The notes: generated by a model not told the origin, from the sequence alone. A stretch of 64,000 bases of DNA from Candidatus Limnocylindrales bacterium (GCA_038248915.1 JBBRXB010000004.1:13271-77270); one strand, 5' to 3'; shown: positions 23,197 through 32,986, counted from the stretch's first letter. Made by a program: numbers and translations.

Positions 23197-24462
23197 ATGA
23201 CCGCCTACGGCTACATCCGCAAGTCCGTCGTCCACGACCCGGCTCGCATGCTCTCACCCGAGATGCAAGAGGCCGCCATCAGGAAGCTCGCTGCGGCGAA
23301 CGGCGACGACGACGTGGTAATCCTCAGCGACCTCGATGTTTCGGGCCGCAAGGGCCGTTCTAGGCGCCCCGGATGGGACGAGTTGCTGCGCGCGGTCGAG
23401 GACGGCGAGTGCAAGAGCGTGTATGCGTACTCGTTGAGCCGGTTCGCCCGCAGCGTCTCGCAACTGGCCGACTTCTTCGAGTTGAGCGAGCGCCAAGGCG
23501 TCAAGGTTCGCGTCGACCGTGACCACATCGATACGTCGACCGCGACCGGGAAGCTCATAGGCAACGTCCTCGCGTCACTCGCGCAGTTCGAGGCCGATGT
23601 AGCGAGCGAGCGAGTCAAGGACGCCTTCGCGGCGAAGCGTCAGCGCGACCCCGAATGGCGCGGACCAGGAAACAGCGCATACGGCGACGAAGCGGGCGAA
23701 GACCCGCTGGTCGTGGTCGCGGCCTTCCGCGACGCGGGCAGTTTCGACGGGGCGGCGCGACTCCTCAACACGCGCGGTGTTCCAAGTCGGTTCTCGAACG
23801 GCCATCTTTGGTCCGGGAGCGTCGTGCGCGGCGTCGTCAAGCGTCACGCTCCGGATGAAGTAGGCCCGATGGTTCGTCGCGGCTCACCAGCCGGGCGCCG
23901 TTCGTTCCGCTTCTCCGGACTCGTCGAGTGCAGTACGTGTCATAAGACGCTCACCGGGTCGCGCGACACCCGGCGTGGCGACGTCCGGTATGCGTGCTCC
24001 CGAGCACGCGTGATCCCGCACGTTCGCGGTTGGGTGAACGAGTCGAAGCTGCTCCCGGTCATTGCCGCCGAAGTCGGCCACGCCGCCGTGGCGATGAAGC
24101 GACTCCAGAAGGGGAGTGCCGAGGACGACGCCGCCCTGGCCACGCTCGCCGCGAAGCGAGCGCGCGTCATCGACACGTACACGGACGGTCTCATCGACAA
24201 GGCCGAGCGCGACCGACGTCTCGCCGACATCGCCGTCGCGGAGTCGAAGCTCTCGACGCGACGATGGATCAAGCGCATCTCGCTCCCGCCCGACATCGAG
24301 ACGGGCGATCCGGCCAAGGTGAACACCTACCTCCGGAGGCTGTTCGAGCGCGTGACGGTCGACATGAGTCAGCCCGCGACGTTCGGCCCGTCGAAGTGGC
24401 TGCCGACGCTCGACTTCGAATGGCGCGACCCGTCGATGCGCGTCGAGGAGGACACCGCCTGA
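23197..24462 (+). CDS. Large serine recombinase (integrase of the 12.3-kb element)
   Basis: ATG 23197 with GGAG 10 nt upstream. Catalytic-Ser motif [27 protein letters not shown]. Cys-rich zinc ribbon [17 protein letters not shown] and a coiled-coil tail. 421 aa. Confidence 0.9.
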   Translation: MTAYGYIRKSVVHDPARMLSPEMQEAAIRKLAAANGDDDVVILSDLDVSGRKGRSRRPGWDELLRAVEDGECKSVYAYSLSRFARSVSQLADFFELSERQGVKVRVDRDHIDTSTATGKLIGNVLASLAQFEADVASERVKDAFAAKRQRDPEWRGPGNSAYGDEAGEDPLVVVAAFRDAGSFDGAARLLNTRGVPSRFSNGHLWSGSVVRGVVKRHAPDEVGPMVRRGSPAGRRSFRFSGLVECSTCHKTLTGSRDTRRGDVRYACSRARVIPHVRGWVNESKLLPVIAAEVGHAAVAMKRLQKGSAEDDAALATLAAKRARVIDTYTDGLIDKAERDRRLADIAVAESKLSTRRWIKRISLPPDIETGDPAKVNTYLRRLFERVTVDMSQPATFGPSKWLPTLDFEWRDPSMRVEEDTA

Positions 24463-24482
24463 CTGTCGCCATGTAGCGACAG
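24463..24482 (+). terminator. Short hairpin after the LSR gene
   Basis: CTGTCGC-catgta-GCGACAG starts right after the TGA. No T-tract. Confidence 0.25.
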
Positions 24483-24594
24483 CACTTCATCCGGAGGGGG
24501 TTACCACCGGCCGGCGGCTTCGTTAGGTTCAACCTCGTCAGTCGTTGACGTCGCAAGGAACGACGCCGACTCGACGGGAAAGGACCCCACCGCA

Positions 24595-24978
24595 ATGACG
24601 ACCGAGAAGAAGGCCGCCCCGAAGACGTCGAAGACGGGCAACCTCGTCTTCGCCTCCGGTGCTTGTCACCACCGCAACGCCGATGGGAAGCCCGACTGCA
24701 AGAAGGCTATCTGGCTACGCGCCAGCGGCAAGCCGGTCGGCAACCTCTGTGAGACCCACGAACGCGCTTGGCGCGTCGCGGCCAGGGCTCGCTACGACGC
24801 CCGCCAGGTCGCGAAGCCCGCTGAAGTTCCCGTCGCGAAGGACGCGAAACCGCGGTCAAGCGCGAAGCCCCCGCGCGGCAAGGTTATCCCGCTGATGGCG
24901 GACGAGGCCCCGTTGGATCCGATGGAGCGCGAGATGGCAGCCGTCAAAGCGATGAAGGTCCGAAGGGTCGAAGGCTGA
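24595..24978 (+). CDS. Small basic Cys/His-containing protein, function unknown
   Basis: 127 aa. ACHHRNADGKPDCKK..LCETHERAW. High third-position GC. Sits just downstream of the LSR gene. Confidence 0.55.
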   Translation: MTTEKKAAPKTSKTGNLVFASGACHHRNADGKPDCKKAIWLRASGKPVGNLCETHERAWRVAARARYDARQVAKPAEVPVAKDAKPRSSAKPPRGKVIPLMADEAPLDPMEREMAAVKAMKVRRVEG

Positions 24979-25018
24979 CACGCTCGGCGGGGCGACGCGC
25001 AGCTCGACGGGCTCGACT

Positions 25019-25327
25019 CTACGGAGTCGGGCCCGCTTTCATGTTTGCGCGGGCGGCGTGCGCCGACCGACGGACCGCGTAGTGGTGGTCGAGAATAGCG
25101 CGGAAGCGACGCGGGTAGTCCACGCCTACATCCGGACCGGAGAAGGCCTTGTAGCTCCAGATCTTCCATTCCCTGATGTAGACCTTCTCGTTGTCCGTCC
25201 AGATGTCGTACCAGGAGCACGCCGAGCAGTTGTTCACGTCATGCGGGTGGTCCGTCGGGAGCGACTCCCATTCGGTGGGGTCGTCGTCTTCAAAAGGGCG
25301 GCCGAGGTTGACAGGAATGGTGGGCAT
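25019..25327 (-). CDS. Hypothetical protein
   Basis: ATG 25327 inside track ORF 25019..26002. 102 aa: MPTIPVNLGRPFEDDDPTEWESL..CSACSWYDIW. Only this 3' part of the long ORF has coding-like codon bias. Confidence 0.5.
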   Translation of the reverse strand: MPTIPVNLGRPFEDDDPTEWESLPTDHPHDVNNCSACSWYDIWTDNEKVYIREWKIWSYKAFSGPDVGVDYPRRFRAILDHHYAVRRSAHAARANMKAGPTP

Positions 25328-25662
25328 GCCCCCATGGTAACGGTCGCGGGGCCGTCCTCGTGACCGCCAGAGCCATTCTCCGGCCCGCTTGCGTGCGGGA
25401 CGACGCGATACGCGATAGGCGGGGAGGGGAGTCGCCGCGGCCGTTCTAGCGCCAGACAGCCGTTCACCGCGAGCCTCCTCCCCGGGTACGGGCCGGAGCG
25501 ACAACGATGGAGGTCGCGGTGATCGGTAGAAGCACGCCGGAACTGCGTCGAAACGCCGCCACGCCGATTGACTCGGACGAAGTTGCTGACTCCAACGCTG
25601 CCGTCCGCGGATGCGGGCGGTCCAGCGAGGAGAATGTCGCGCATCCTTCGGATACTGTCGAA

Positions 25663-25965
25663 CTACGCGAACCCGTCTCCGTACTGCTCGACGAGCCTGT
25701 TGAGGACCGCGCCGCGGTTGACGTACGGGTTGTCGGCCAGGACGATCAGCGCGCAAGCGACGTGCGTCCACCAGCTCGCTTCGGGCGGTCGCCCCATGCC
25801 TTGCCCGAACGTCCCCGTGCCCGGGACTCCGGCGATGGACCCGGCCTGCGCGGCTCGTGTCGTCGCGTGCCCAGTGGCCGCCGCCGGGTCGGTGTCGAAT
25901 GACCACGCCGAGTCCGCGACCATCGAGGCCGCGAACACCGCCGGGTCGACCGTGATGTCGGTCAA
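25663..25965 (-). CDS. Hypothetical protein
   Basis: 100 aa. TTG start overlaps the upstream stop. Very high third-position GC in this frame. Confidence 0.5.
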   Translation of the reverse strand: MTDITVDPAVFAASMVADSAWSFDTDPAAATGHATTRAAQAGSIAGVPGTGTFGQGMGRPPEASWWTHVACALIVLADNPYVNRGAVLNRLVEQYGDGFA

Positions 25966-26939
25966 GCCGGCACCGACGTGATCGCGTGACGGTTGTCACC
26001 ACCGGTCGCGAGACCGGGCTTCACCCCTTCGGGCTCGGCGTAGGCCGTGCCAGTTGACCGGGCGATGTCGAACGCCGCCATCTTGGCCGCCGCCGAGGCC
26101 CGGGAAGCCTCCTCCGGATGGCCGTTGCCGATGGACCCGTCGAGCGCGATGCCGAGCCCGGACGACGAGAGGACGGCGAACCGCTTCACGTCGAAGGTCG
26201 CCATCGAAGACGCGATCTCGTCCTCGACGATCTTGGCCGCTTGCCGGTTCGGGTCGGACGCTTCGAGCGCGGCCGTGACGTCAGCCTCGATGGCCGTCGT
26301 GTACCGCGCTCCCTTGTCCTTCGCGACCTCCAGAAGAAACGCCGCCCGAGCGGGTTGCCCGGCCTCCAACATCGCGGACGCTTGCTCGACGAAGGAGTCG
26401 CCATCGACTCTCGACGCGACGAGCCGAGCCCGCTCCAACTCGTCGGCCATCCGGGCCGCCGGATCGCGCTCGGTCTCGGTCTTCGCGAGGAGCGCGTTCC
26501 GCGCCTTCAGACCTTCCGTGACCGCATCGTTGAGGAGGCCGCGGGCCTTGACATCGGCCTCGCGGATCTCGGCGACGAGACGCGCCCGCTCCCGCTCGGC
26601 GAAGAGGGGAGTGATCCGCCCCTCGGCGGCTTCGACGTTGACGAGCCGAAGCTCGGCCTCGCGCTTGGCGATGCCTTCCGTGACCGCATCCAGCGCGGCC
26701 TTGAACTTGTCCTTGCTCATGTTGCCTCCGTTCAAGTTGAGCCGCTTCAATGCGGCGATTTGACCGTCGATGGCCGTGCGCCCCGCGGGCGACACGCCCG
26801 GGAGCTTCGCTTCGAGGAGCGCGACCTCCAAGTCGCGTGCCTCCGTAGGTGACAACCCGCGTTGCCACGATGACTTCGCGGGTGTTGATGCGCGGTAGGC
26901 TTCAAGTCGATGCCCGCCGACGCGGTTGGTGTGGCTCAT
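25962..26939 (-). CDS. Alpha-helical/coiled-coil hypothetical protein
   Basis: ATG 26939 preceded by AGGAGGG. An alternative internal start at 26720 (MSKDKF) also has GGAGG. Ala/Glu/Arg-rich heptad-like sequence. Confidence 0.6.
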   Translation of the reverse strand: MSHTNRVGGHRLEAYRASTPAKSSWQRGLSPTEARDLEVALLEAKLPGVSPAGRTAIDGQIAALKRLNLNGGNMSKDKFKAALDAVTEGIAKREAELRLVNVEAAEGRITPLFAERERARLVAEIREADVKARGLLNDAVTEGLKARNALLAKTETERDPAARMADELERARLVASRVDGDSFVEQASAMLEAGQPARAAFLLEVAKDKGARYTTAIEADVTAALEASDPNRQAAKIVEDEIASSMATFDVKRFAVLSSSGLGIALDGSIGNGHPEEASRASAAAKMAAFDIARSTGTAYAEPEGVKPGLATGGDNRHAITSVPA

Positions 26940-26997
26940 TTGCCCTCCTGGTTGATCGCGTCGTTGGACCGCCCGACGCTGCGGCGGTTGAGTTCCT

Positions 26998-27576
26998 TCA
27001 TGTGGTGGGGCTCCAACGCCCGGTCGCGGACGAGCCGGTGCCGTCGACGGTCCAGCGGAAGATCCCCTTGGCCGTGACAAGCTCGGGGACCGCGCCGGTG
27101 TAGGTGTCGCCGCGACGAGCGGAGCGGAGCATCGCGATGGCCGACTTGGCCTCCGTGAACGACTCCATCACCTCGGCGGCGTCGAGCTGGAACGCTTCGA
27201 GCGCGGCCAGCTTCTCCTCGACCTCGGTCAAGTCGGCCGCTCCCGGAGGCGCGACCCGATGGATGGACTCGACCATCCGCCTGATGGCCTCGACCCGCGC
27301 GGTCTTGGCCGCGGGCGACAGGGACGGGAGGTCCGCTTGAAGCCCGACCAGCAGCCCGCGGAGGAGGTCCTCATCCGTCCCTGAAGGCTCCCCGGCGGTC
27401 ACCACGGGCGGCGAAGCGGGCGGGATGACGTGCCCGTTCCGAATGTGGCGTCGCAACGCTTGCGACGACACGGCGAACGCGCCAGCAACTCGTTGAGCTG
27501 GGCGTCCCGTGTTGACCTCGGCATCGATGAGCCGTGACTGCGGATGTGAACAAATGGAGCAGACGTTCGCGCTCAC
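26998..27576 (-). CDS. HTH protein resembling actinophage small-terminase/regulator N-termini
   Basis: GTG 27576 preceded by AGGAGG. N-terminus CSICSHPQSRLIDAEVNTGRPAQRVAGAFAVSSQALRRHIRNGH (CxxC + HTH). Confidence 0.6.
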   Translation of the reverse strand: MSANVCSICSHPQSRLIDAEVNTGRPAQRVAGAFAVSSQALRRHIRNGHVIPPASPPVVTAGEPSGTDEDLLRGLLVGLQADLPSLSPAAKTARVEAIRRMVESIHRVAPPGAADLTEVEEKLAALEAFQLDAAEVMESFTEAKSAIAMLRSARRGDTYTGAVPELVTAKGIFRWTVDGTGSSATGRWSPTT

Positions 27577-27995
27577 TAGACCTCCTGTTGAACCCCGCTC
27601 ACGCGGGTGTGTGTTGAGTTGAGACCGGCCGCTCGGACGCGACCTACGTTCGGTGCGCCCGGTGTGTTCGCGCACGTTGGTGATCGCGCCTCTTCGAACG
27701 AGGGGCGTCCGGTACGGATGCACGCCTCGCGACACTTGCGCGCGTTTGTGGCTTGCGCTACCATGCGAAGCGTGGGAGTGTATACCTCGTTGAGCGTCAC
27801 GGTCATAGTTGTGCCGTCCCTCCTCTCGACGTCCGTCATCTCTCGTCCTTCGTAGGCCTATCCCATCGACGAGTGGACCAATGGTCTCCTATACGTTGGA
27901 ACACTGGTCCATTCGTCACGGTGCGTTCGCTCACGCCTTTGCGGCGTGTGCGACCGGACCGCATTCCGACGCGAGGTCTACGAGAGGTCCTCGCG

Positions 27996-29840
27996 TCAGT
28001 CCATCGGTCCATTCGTCACCTCCGGTGCGTCCGATGCGTCGTCTTCGGCGGAGCGAAGTCGGATGTCGTCGCGCCAATAGCGCCACTCGAAGCTCCGGCC
28101 GACCTTCACCTTCTCGTCGCTTCGACGAAGGAGCGTGAGCCGCATCAACTCGGCGATGCGCTTGCGGCCGTCGCCGATGCCCCACAAGACTTCGAGTTGA
28201 GCCGACGACATGCCGTCGCCGTCGCGCGGCACCCCATCGACCCACGAGAGAAGCGCCGCGTTCCGCTCGTTGGAGGAGTCCACGACCGAGTAGACGTGAC
28301 TCGCCGTGTTGTACTCGACGAGCATCGAGGTCGTTTCGAGGATCCGGCCGCGAACCGTGAGCCATCGTCGCGAGTCGAGGGGGTCCGCCGGGTTGTGGTA
28401 GGTCAGCTCGGCTTGCACGTCGCACGCCGCCGCGATGGCCCCCGAGCCTCGCGTCGCCTCACCGGCGATGCCGCCGCCCTTGCGCGTGTGGTGAACGAGG
28501 ATCACCGCCGCGTCGCGGTCAGCGAGCGCGTGTCGGATCGTCTCGACCGCGGCGGTCGTCTCGCCCGCGTCGTTCTCGTTCTCGATGCCCGCCCAGACGG
28601 CGAGCGTGTCGATGATGACGACGGCCCCGTCGTGGTTCGACACCCACCGCGACGCCGCAGCGAGGGAGTCCGCCAGACCCCAGCCCGCGCGCACGGCATC
28701 CGACCGTTGGACGACCTCCATCGCCGAGAGGCCGAATGCCTTGGTCTTGGTGACGACCGGGACGCCGTATTCCTCGGTCATCAGCAGGAGAGGCGTCCCG
28801 GGACGGACATCGAACTCGCCCAGGAACTTCTCGCCCGTCTCGGCGCATCGCGCCAGATGTCCCAGGAGGGTTGACTTGCCGCCCTTCGGCGGACCGGCGA
28901 CGACCGTCACGCCGCCGGAGTAGGCGACCGGGTAGGCGACCCACGGCACGGTGCTCGGCGTCTCGGCCACGATTTGGGCGATGGGCTTTACCACCTTGCC
29001 GACGTTGGACTCGGGGACGTCGACGTTTCCCGCGAGCACCCACTCGCGCCAGTCCTTCCCGGTCCCCGTGAGCGAGTCGTAGTCGGGCGGCACGATGCGC
29101 GCGGCGAACAGGCCCGCCGTCATCGCGTTCTCCATCGCCTTGGCCGCGCCCTTCTGCCCGGCGTCATCTGCGTCGTAGGCGACGAATACGCTCTCGACGC
29201 CGCGACGCGCCATCGAGCGGAAGTCGCTCACACTCGGCACACCCGACGCAGATCCGGCGGAGTACGCCATCTCGTAGCCGATGCCCCGCAGAGCGATGGC
29301 GTCCGACTCGCCTTCGGTGAGGAGGATGTCGACCGGCATCGCGTCGTCAAGCGGCCAGATGGCCGGGTTGGGTGAGCCGGCGGGCGACCAGCGCCGCTCG
29401 GACGAGCCCGCTTGGCGATGCTTGGCGACGCCCAGACCCGGGAAGTCGTGCGACACCCAACCATCCGCCGTCGCCGAAAGAGGGAAGTCGTCGAGGAACG
29501 CTCGTTCCACGCCGCAATAGGCGGCGTACCACCCGAGCGGGTCGGCCTTCGCGTCGGCCGGGATGGGCTTCGCCGTTGCGGACCGGCGCTTGGTCCGTGT
29601 GATGCGGATGGGCGTCGCCTCGGCGGCTTCGAGGTTCTCGACGACTTGGCGGTAACCCGCGCCACACACCGGGTTGAGGCACTTCACGAGCGTCTTGCCG
29701 GTCTTCTCCGTGATGTGGAGTGAGTCCGAGCCACCGTGAACCGGACACTCGGCGTGAACGTCACGCCGCCCGCTCGTCGAGTCATTCCAACGCGCAATAT
29801 CGAGTCGCTCTGCAAGCCAGTCGAAGTCGTGGTCGCTCAT
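27996..29840 (-). CDS. Primase-helicase fusion (zinc finger + Toprim + RepA/DnaB-like P-loop ATPase)
   Basis: Zinc finger ECPVHGGSDSLHI..CLNPVCG. Toprim LLTEGESDAIAL..AYDADDAGQKG. Walker A GPPKGGKST, VVIIDTLAVW, LVHHTRKGG. Start at ATG 29840 is uncertain; the track ORF extends to 30152. Confidence 0.85.
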   Translation of the reverse strand: MSDHDFDWLAERLDIARWNDSTSGRRDVHAECPVHGGSDSLHITEKTGKTLVKCLNPVCGAGYRQVVENLEAAEATPIRITRTKRRSATAKPIPADAKADPLGWYAAYCGVERAFLDDFPLSATADGWVSHDFPGLGVAKHRQAGSSERRWSPAGSPNPAIWPLDDAMPVDILLTEGESDAIALRGIGYEMAYSAGSASGVPSVSDFRSMARRGVESVFVAYDADDAGQKGAAKAMENAMTAGLFAARIVPPDYDSLTGTGKDWREWVLAGNVDVPESNVGKVVKPIAQIVAETPSTVPWVAYPVAYSGGVTVVAGPPKGGKSTLLGHLARCAETGEKFLGEFDVRPGTPLLLMTEEYGVPVVTKTKAFGLSAMEVVQRSDAVRAGWGLADSLAAASRWVSNHDGAVVIIDTLAVWAGIENENDAGETTAAVETIRHALADRDAAVILVHHTRKGGGIAGEATRGSGAIAAACDVQAELTYHNPADPLDSRRWLTVRGRILETTSMLVEYNTASHVYSVVDSSNERNAALLSWVDGVPRDGDGMSSAQLEVLWGIGDGRKRIAELMRLTLLRRSDEKVKVGRSFEWRYWRDDIRLRSAEDDASDAPEVTNGPMD

Positions 29841-29991
29841 CAGCCCATTCACTTTCAGCAGCCCGATACGCGGTAGGTAGGGACGGCGGGCGGGCTGAGG
29901 ACCCGCCGCCCCGTAGAGGACCCGTCCGAGTTCGCGGGTTCGGACGGCGTGAACATACGCGACCCGCCGGATCGCGCGTGTCGCTGGCCGG

Positions 29992-30216
29992 TCATAGCCC
30001 GGTCCCGCAGTTGGGGCAGACCGCGCCCTCGGTGAGCGACACGGCGTGAAGGTCGCATCCGTGCCGGGCGCAGACATCGCGACCGTCGAGGACGGGCTCG
30101 GTACACGGCTCGATGGACCCGCGCGGGCCGCGCGCCGGGTCGGCCCGTTCATCGGGGCTGTTCGGCCAGCCGACGCCGGTGTGGACGTAGCCAGTGCAAG
30201 CGAGACGGTCCATCAA
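29992..30216 (-). CDS. Small Cys-rich (zinc-ribbon-like) protein
   Basis: 74 aa. Start overlaps the XRE gene stop. High third-position GC. C-terminal CPNCG. Confidence 0.5.
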   Translation of the reverse strand: MMDRLACTGYVHTGVGWPNSPDERADPARGPRGSIEPCTEPVLDGRDVCARHGCDLHAVSLTEGAVCPNCGTGL

Positions 30217-30545
30217 GCCGTCTTCTGGGCGGCGCTCGCCGCCTTCTTCCGCGCGGCGTAGATGACCGCCAGGTCGGCCTCACCTTCGGAGGCCATCTTG
30301 GCTCGACTCGCGGCGATGCCCTCGATGGCTTCGAGGATCTTGATGACGTTCTTCGCCTTGATGTTCACGGCGCGCGCGCGGCGCTCGACCATCGAGACGT
30401 AGCCCTGCGTGACGAACAGCTTTTGGGCCAACTCTGCTTGGCTGACCGCGTTGACCTTCCGGTATGCGGTGACCTCGGCGAGATCGTAGACCGGACCGTA
30501 AGCAGCTTCGCCGACGGGCTGCGGTCGGGTGATGTTGTTGCTCAT
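30213..30545 (-). CDS. XRE/Cro-CI-type HTH transcriptional regulator
   Basis: 110 aa. HTH VSQAELAQKLFVTQGYVSMVER. First gene of the minus-strand replication module. Confidence 0.8.
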   Translation of the reverse strand: MSNNITRPQPVGEAAYGPVYDLAEVTAYRKVNAVSQAELAQKLFVTQGYVSMVERRARAVNIKAKNVIKILEAIEGIAASRAKMASEGEADLAVIYAARKKAASAAQKTA

Positions 30546-30552
30546 GATGTGA

Positions 30553-30592
30553 TAATACGTCTACACATATACCACGGCGAATGTAGGTATTA
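30553..30592. promoter_or_regulatory. Candidate operator (imperfect inverted repeat) in an A/T-rich divergent promoter region
   Basis: TAATACGTCTACA (30553-30565) and TGTAGGTATTA (30582-30592). On the minus strand a TATTAT hexamer lies 6 nt before the XRE ATG, suggesting a leaderless transcript. On the plus strand there is a TGtGATAAT extended -10. Confidence 0.4.
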
Positions 30593-30842
30593 CATCGAGA
30601 GCCCGCAAGACGGTCACGGACGCCGCTTGCGCGTGATCGCGCGTCGTCGAGTCGCCTCAGGCCGGACGGGCCGGAGAACGAGCCGGAGAGTCACGGGCGC
30701 GATAGGTCGAACCGTCCGCGTAAGTCGCAGCTAAGCGCTGATGCCTACTCTCCGAGATGGGCCGCGCTCCGCGCCCGGAAGGTCGATCTCGGGCTCGCCC
30801 GACCAGCCCGTTCCGGGGCGTCGCGGCCCTTATGCTTGAGGC

Positions 30843-31871
30843 ATGGCAGGGAAGGAGTCGTTGGTCCGGGCTAGCCGGGCCAAGAACGACGAGTTCTACA
30901 CCCAGTTGGTCGACGTCGAGGCCGAACTACGGCTCTACCGCGACCAGTTCCGCGGCAGGGTCGTGCTCTGCAACTGCGACGACCCGTATGAGTCTGCCTT
31001 CTTCAAGTATTTCGCGATGAACTTCAATCATCTCGGCCTGAAGAAGCTCATCACTACGAGCTACAGCGGGAGCCCGATCACCGGCGAGCAACTCCGGTTG
31101 CTGGACGTAGCCGGGATGCCCGACAACGCCCCCGAGAAGCCAGCCTACCGGGTCGAGATCAGCGAAGTTCCGGACGCCAACGAGGACGGGGCTACCGACC
31201 TACAGGACGTCGAGTACCTGCTGAAGCACGAGCGCAACGTCGTCAGCCTCTTGGCGGAGGGCGGAGACTTTCGCTCCGCTGAGTGCGTCGCTTCGTTAGA
31301 CGAGGCCGACATCGTTGTCACGAACCCACCGTTCTCGCTGTTTCGCGAGTACGTTGGCCAACTCGTGGGGCATGGCAAGCAGTTCCTCATCCTCGGCAAC
31401 CTCAACGCCATCACGTACAAGGAAATCTACTCACTCATAAGGGACGGACAGCTCTGGCTCGGTCACCGGACCGGCGGGGAAAAGTGGTTCCGCGTGCCCG
31501 ACGACTACGGCCACACGACCGACAAGGGGAAGATCAAAGTGGAGGCCGGGGTGAGGTACCTAGCCATGAAGAACATGGCGTGGTTCACCAACCTGGACAC
31601 CACAAAGCGTCATGAGGCCATGACGCTGTACAGGCACTACACGCCTGACGAGTACCCGACCTACACGAACTATCCGGCCATCGAGGTCGCCAAGGTTTCG
31701 GACATCCCGATGGACTACAGCGGGGCCATGGGCGTCCCGATCACCTTCCTGGACAAGTACAACCCGGAGCAGTTCGAGATCCTGGGGTTCCGCAAAGGCG
31801 ATGACGGCAAGGACCTCTCGATCAAGGGGAAGAGCTTGTACTTCCGAATCCTCATCCGGGCCCGTCCATGA
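30843..31871 (+). CDS. N6-adenine DNA methyltransferase (EcoRI-methylase-like family)
   Basis: 342 aa. N-terminal KNDEFYT. Catalytic motif IV VVTNPPFSLF. Confidence 0.8.
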   Translation: MAGKESLVRASRAKNDEFYTQLVDVEAELRLYRDQFRGRVVLCNCDDPYESAFFKYFAMNFNHLGLKKLITTSYSGSPITGEQLRLLDVAGMPDNAPEKPAYRVEISEVPDANEDGATDLQDVEYLLKHERNVVSLLAEGGDFRSAECVASLDEADIVVTNPPFSLFREYVGQLVGHGKQFLILGNLNAITYKEIYSLIRDGQLWLGHRTGGEKWFRVPDDYGHTTDKGKIKVEAGVRYLAMKNMAWFTNLDTTKRHEAMTLYRHYTPDEYPTYTNYPAIEVAKVSDIPMDYSGAMGVPITFLDKYNPEQFEILGFRKGDDGKDLSIKGKSLYFRILIRARP

Positions 31872-32962
31872 AGATCGACCTGAAGGCGATCACGGTCCGT
31901 GAGGTCGCCGAGGGCTATGGCGACAACGACGAGGAAGGTGTCGTCGGATACGCCGGGCGGCTCGACATCCGGCCCAAGTACCAGCGGGAGTTCGTCTACG
32001 ACGAGAAGAAGCGGAACGCCGTTATCGACACCATTCGCAAGGGCTTCCCGCTCAACGTCATGTACTGGGTGGTCACGGACGAAGGCACCTTCGAGGTGAT
32101 GGACGGCCAGCAGCGGACCATCTCCTTCTGCCAGTACGTGAACGGCGACTTCTCGGTCCCGGTAGACGGCCACCCGATGGCGTTCCACAACTTGTCGAAG
32201 ACGCTCCAGGACCAGATCCTCGACTACACCCTGATGGTCTACCACTGCTCCGGCAGTGACCAGGAGAAGCTCGACTGGTTCCGCATCATCAACATCGCGG
32301 GCGAACGCCTCACCGAGCAGGAGCTGCGAAACGCGGTCTACACAGGACCGTGGCTCTCCCACGCCAAGACGATCTTCTCCAAGTCCAACTGCGCGGCGTA
32401 CCTCCTCGGCAACAAGTACGTCAGCGGCTCGCCAATCCGGCAGGAGTACCTGGAGACCGCTATCTCGTGGCTATCGGGCGGGAAGGTCGAGCAGTACATG
32501 TCGGCCCATCAGCACGACCCGAACGCCAACGAGCTGTGGGCCTACTTCCAAGCGGCGATCGCGTGGGTGACGCTGACCTTCACCACGTACCGCAGCGAGT
32601 TGAAGGGCATCGACTGGGGCACCCTCTACAACCAGTTCAAGGACGGTCTCTTCGACACCGACCAGCTGGAAGGTGAGATCAAGGTGCTGATGATCGACGA
32701 CGACGTCACGCGCAAGAAGGGCGCCTACCAGTACGTCCTGACCCACGACGAGAAGTACCTCGCGATCCGCCAGTTCACGTCAGGGATGAGACGCGCTGCG
32801 TACGAGCGACAGGGCGGAATCTGCCCCGTCTGCAAGAAGCACTATGAGATTGAGGCGATGGAGGCCGACCACATCACGCCGTGGTCGAAGGGCGGACGGA
32901 CCAGCGCGGAGAACTGCCAGATGCTGTGTCTCGAGGACAACCGGCGCAAAGGTGCGGTCTAG
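31868..32962 (+). CDS. DUF262 (ParB/GmrSD N-terminal-like) + HNH endonuclease fusion
   Basis: ATG overlaps the methyltransferase stop (ATGA). DUF262 hallmark VMDGQQRT. C-terminal HNH CPVCKK..EADHITPWSKGGRTSAENCQMLCLEDNRRKG. Confidence 0.8.
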   Translation: MKIDLKAITVREVAEGYGDNDEEGVVGYAGRLDIRPKYQREFVYDEKKRNAVIDTIRKGFPLNVMYWVVTDEGTFEVMDGQQRTISFCQYVNGDFSVPVDGHPMAFHNLSKTLQDQILDYTLMVYHCSGSDQEKLDWFRIINIAGERLTEQELRNAVYTGPWLSHAKTIFSKSNCAAYLLGNKYVSGSPIRQEYLETAISWLSGGKVEQYMSAHQHDPNANELWAYFQAAIAWVTLTFTTYRSELKGIDWGTLYNQFKDGLFDTDQLEGEIKVLMIDDDVTRKKGAYQYVLTHDEKYLAIRQFTSGMRRAAYERQGGICPVCKKHYEIEAMEADHITPWSKGGRTSAENCQMLCLEDNRRKGAV

Positions 32963-32976
32963 GCTGAACTGAGCGT

Positions 32977-32986
32977 CCCCCCCCCC
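32977..32986. repeat. C10 homopolymer
   Basis: Ten consecutive C starting 15 nt after the HNH gene stop. A C6 run follows at 33018-33023. Confidence 0.9.

Noticed and set aside
25234-25644. 136-aa minus-strand ORF between two small element genes. The 5' two-thirds of track ORF 25019..26002 is a related case.
   Set aside because: Codon bias is weaker than in neighbouring genes. It overlaps the 25019..25327 gene by about 94 nt in another frame and has no usable RBS spacing. The region 25328-25662 is left unannotated.
27753-28874. 373-aa plus-strand ORF.
   Set aside because: It is antisense to the primase-helicase gene, which has clear Toprim and P-loop motifs. Its translation is low complexity.
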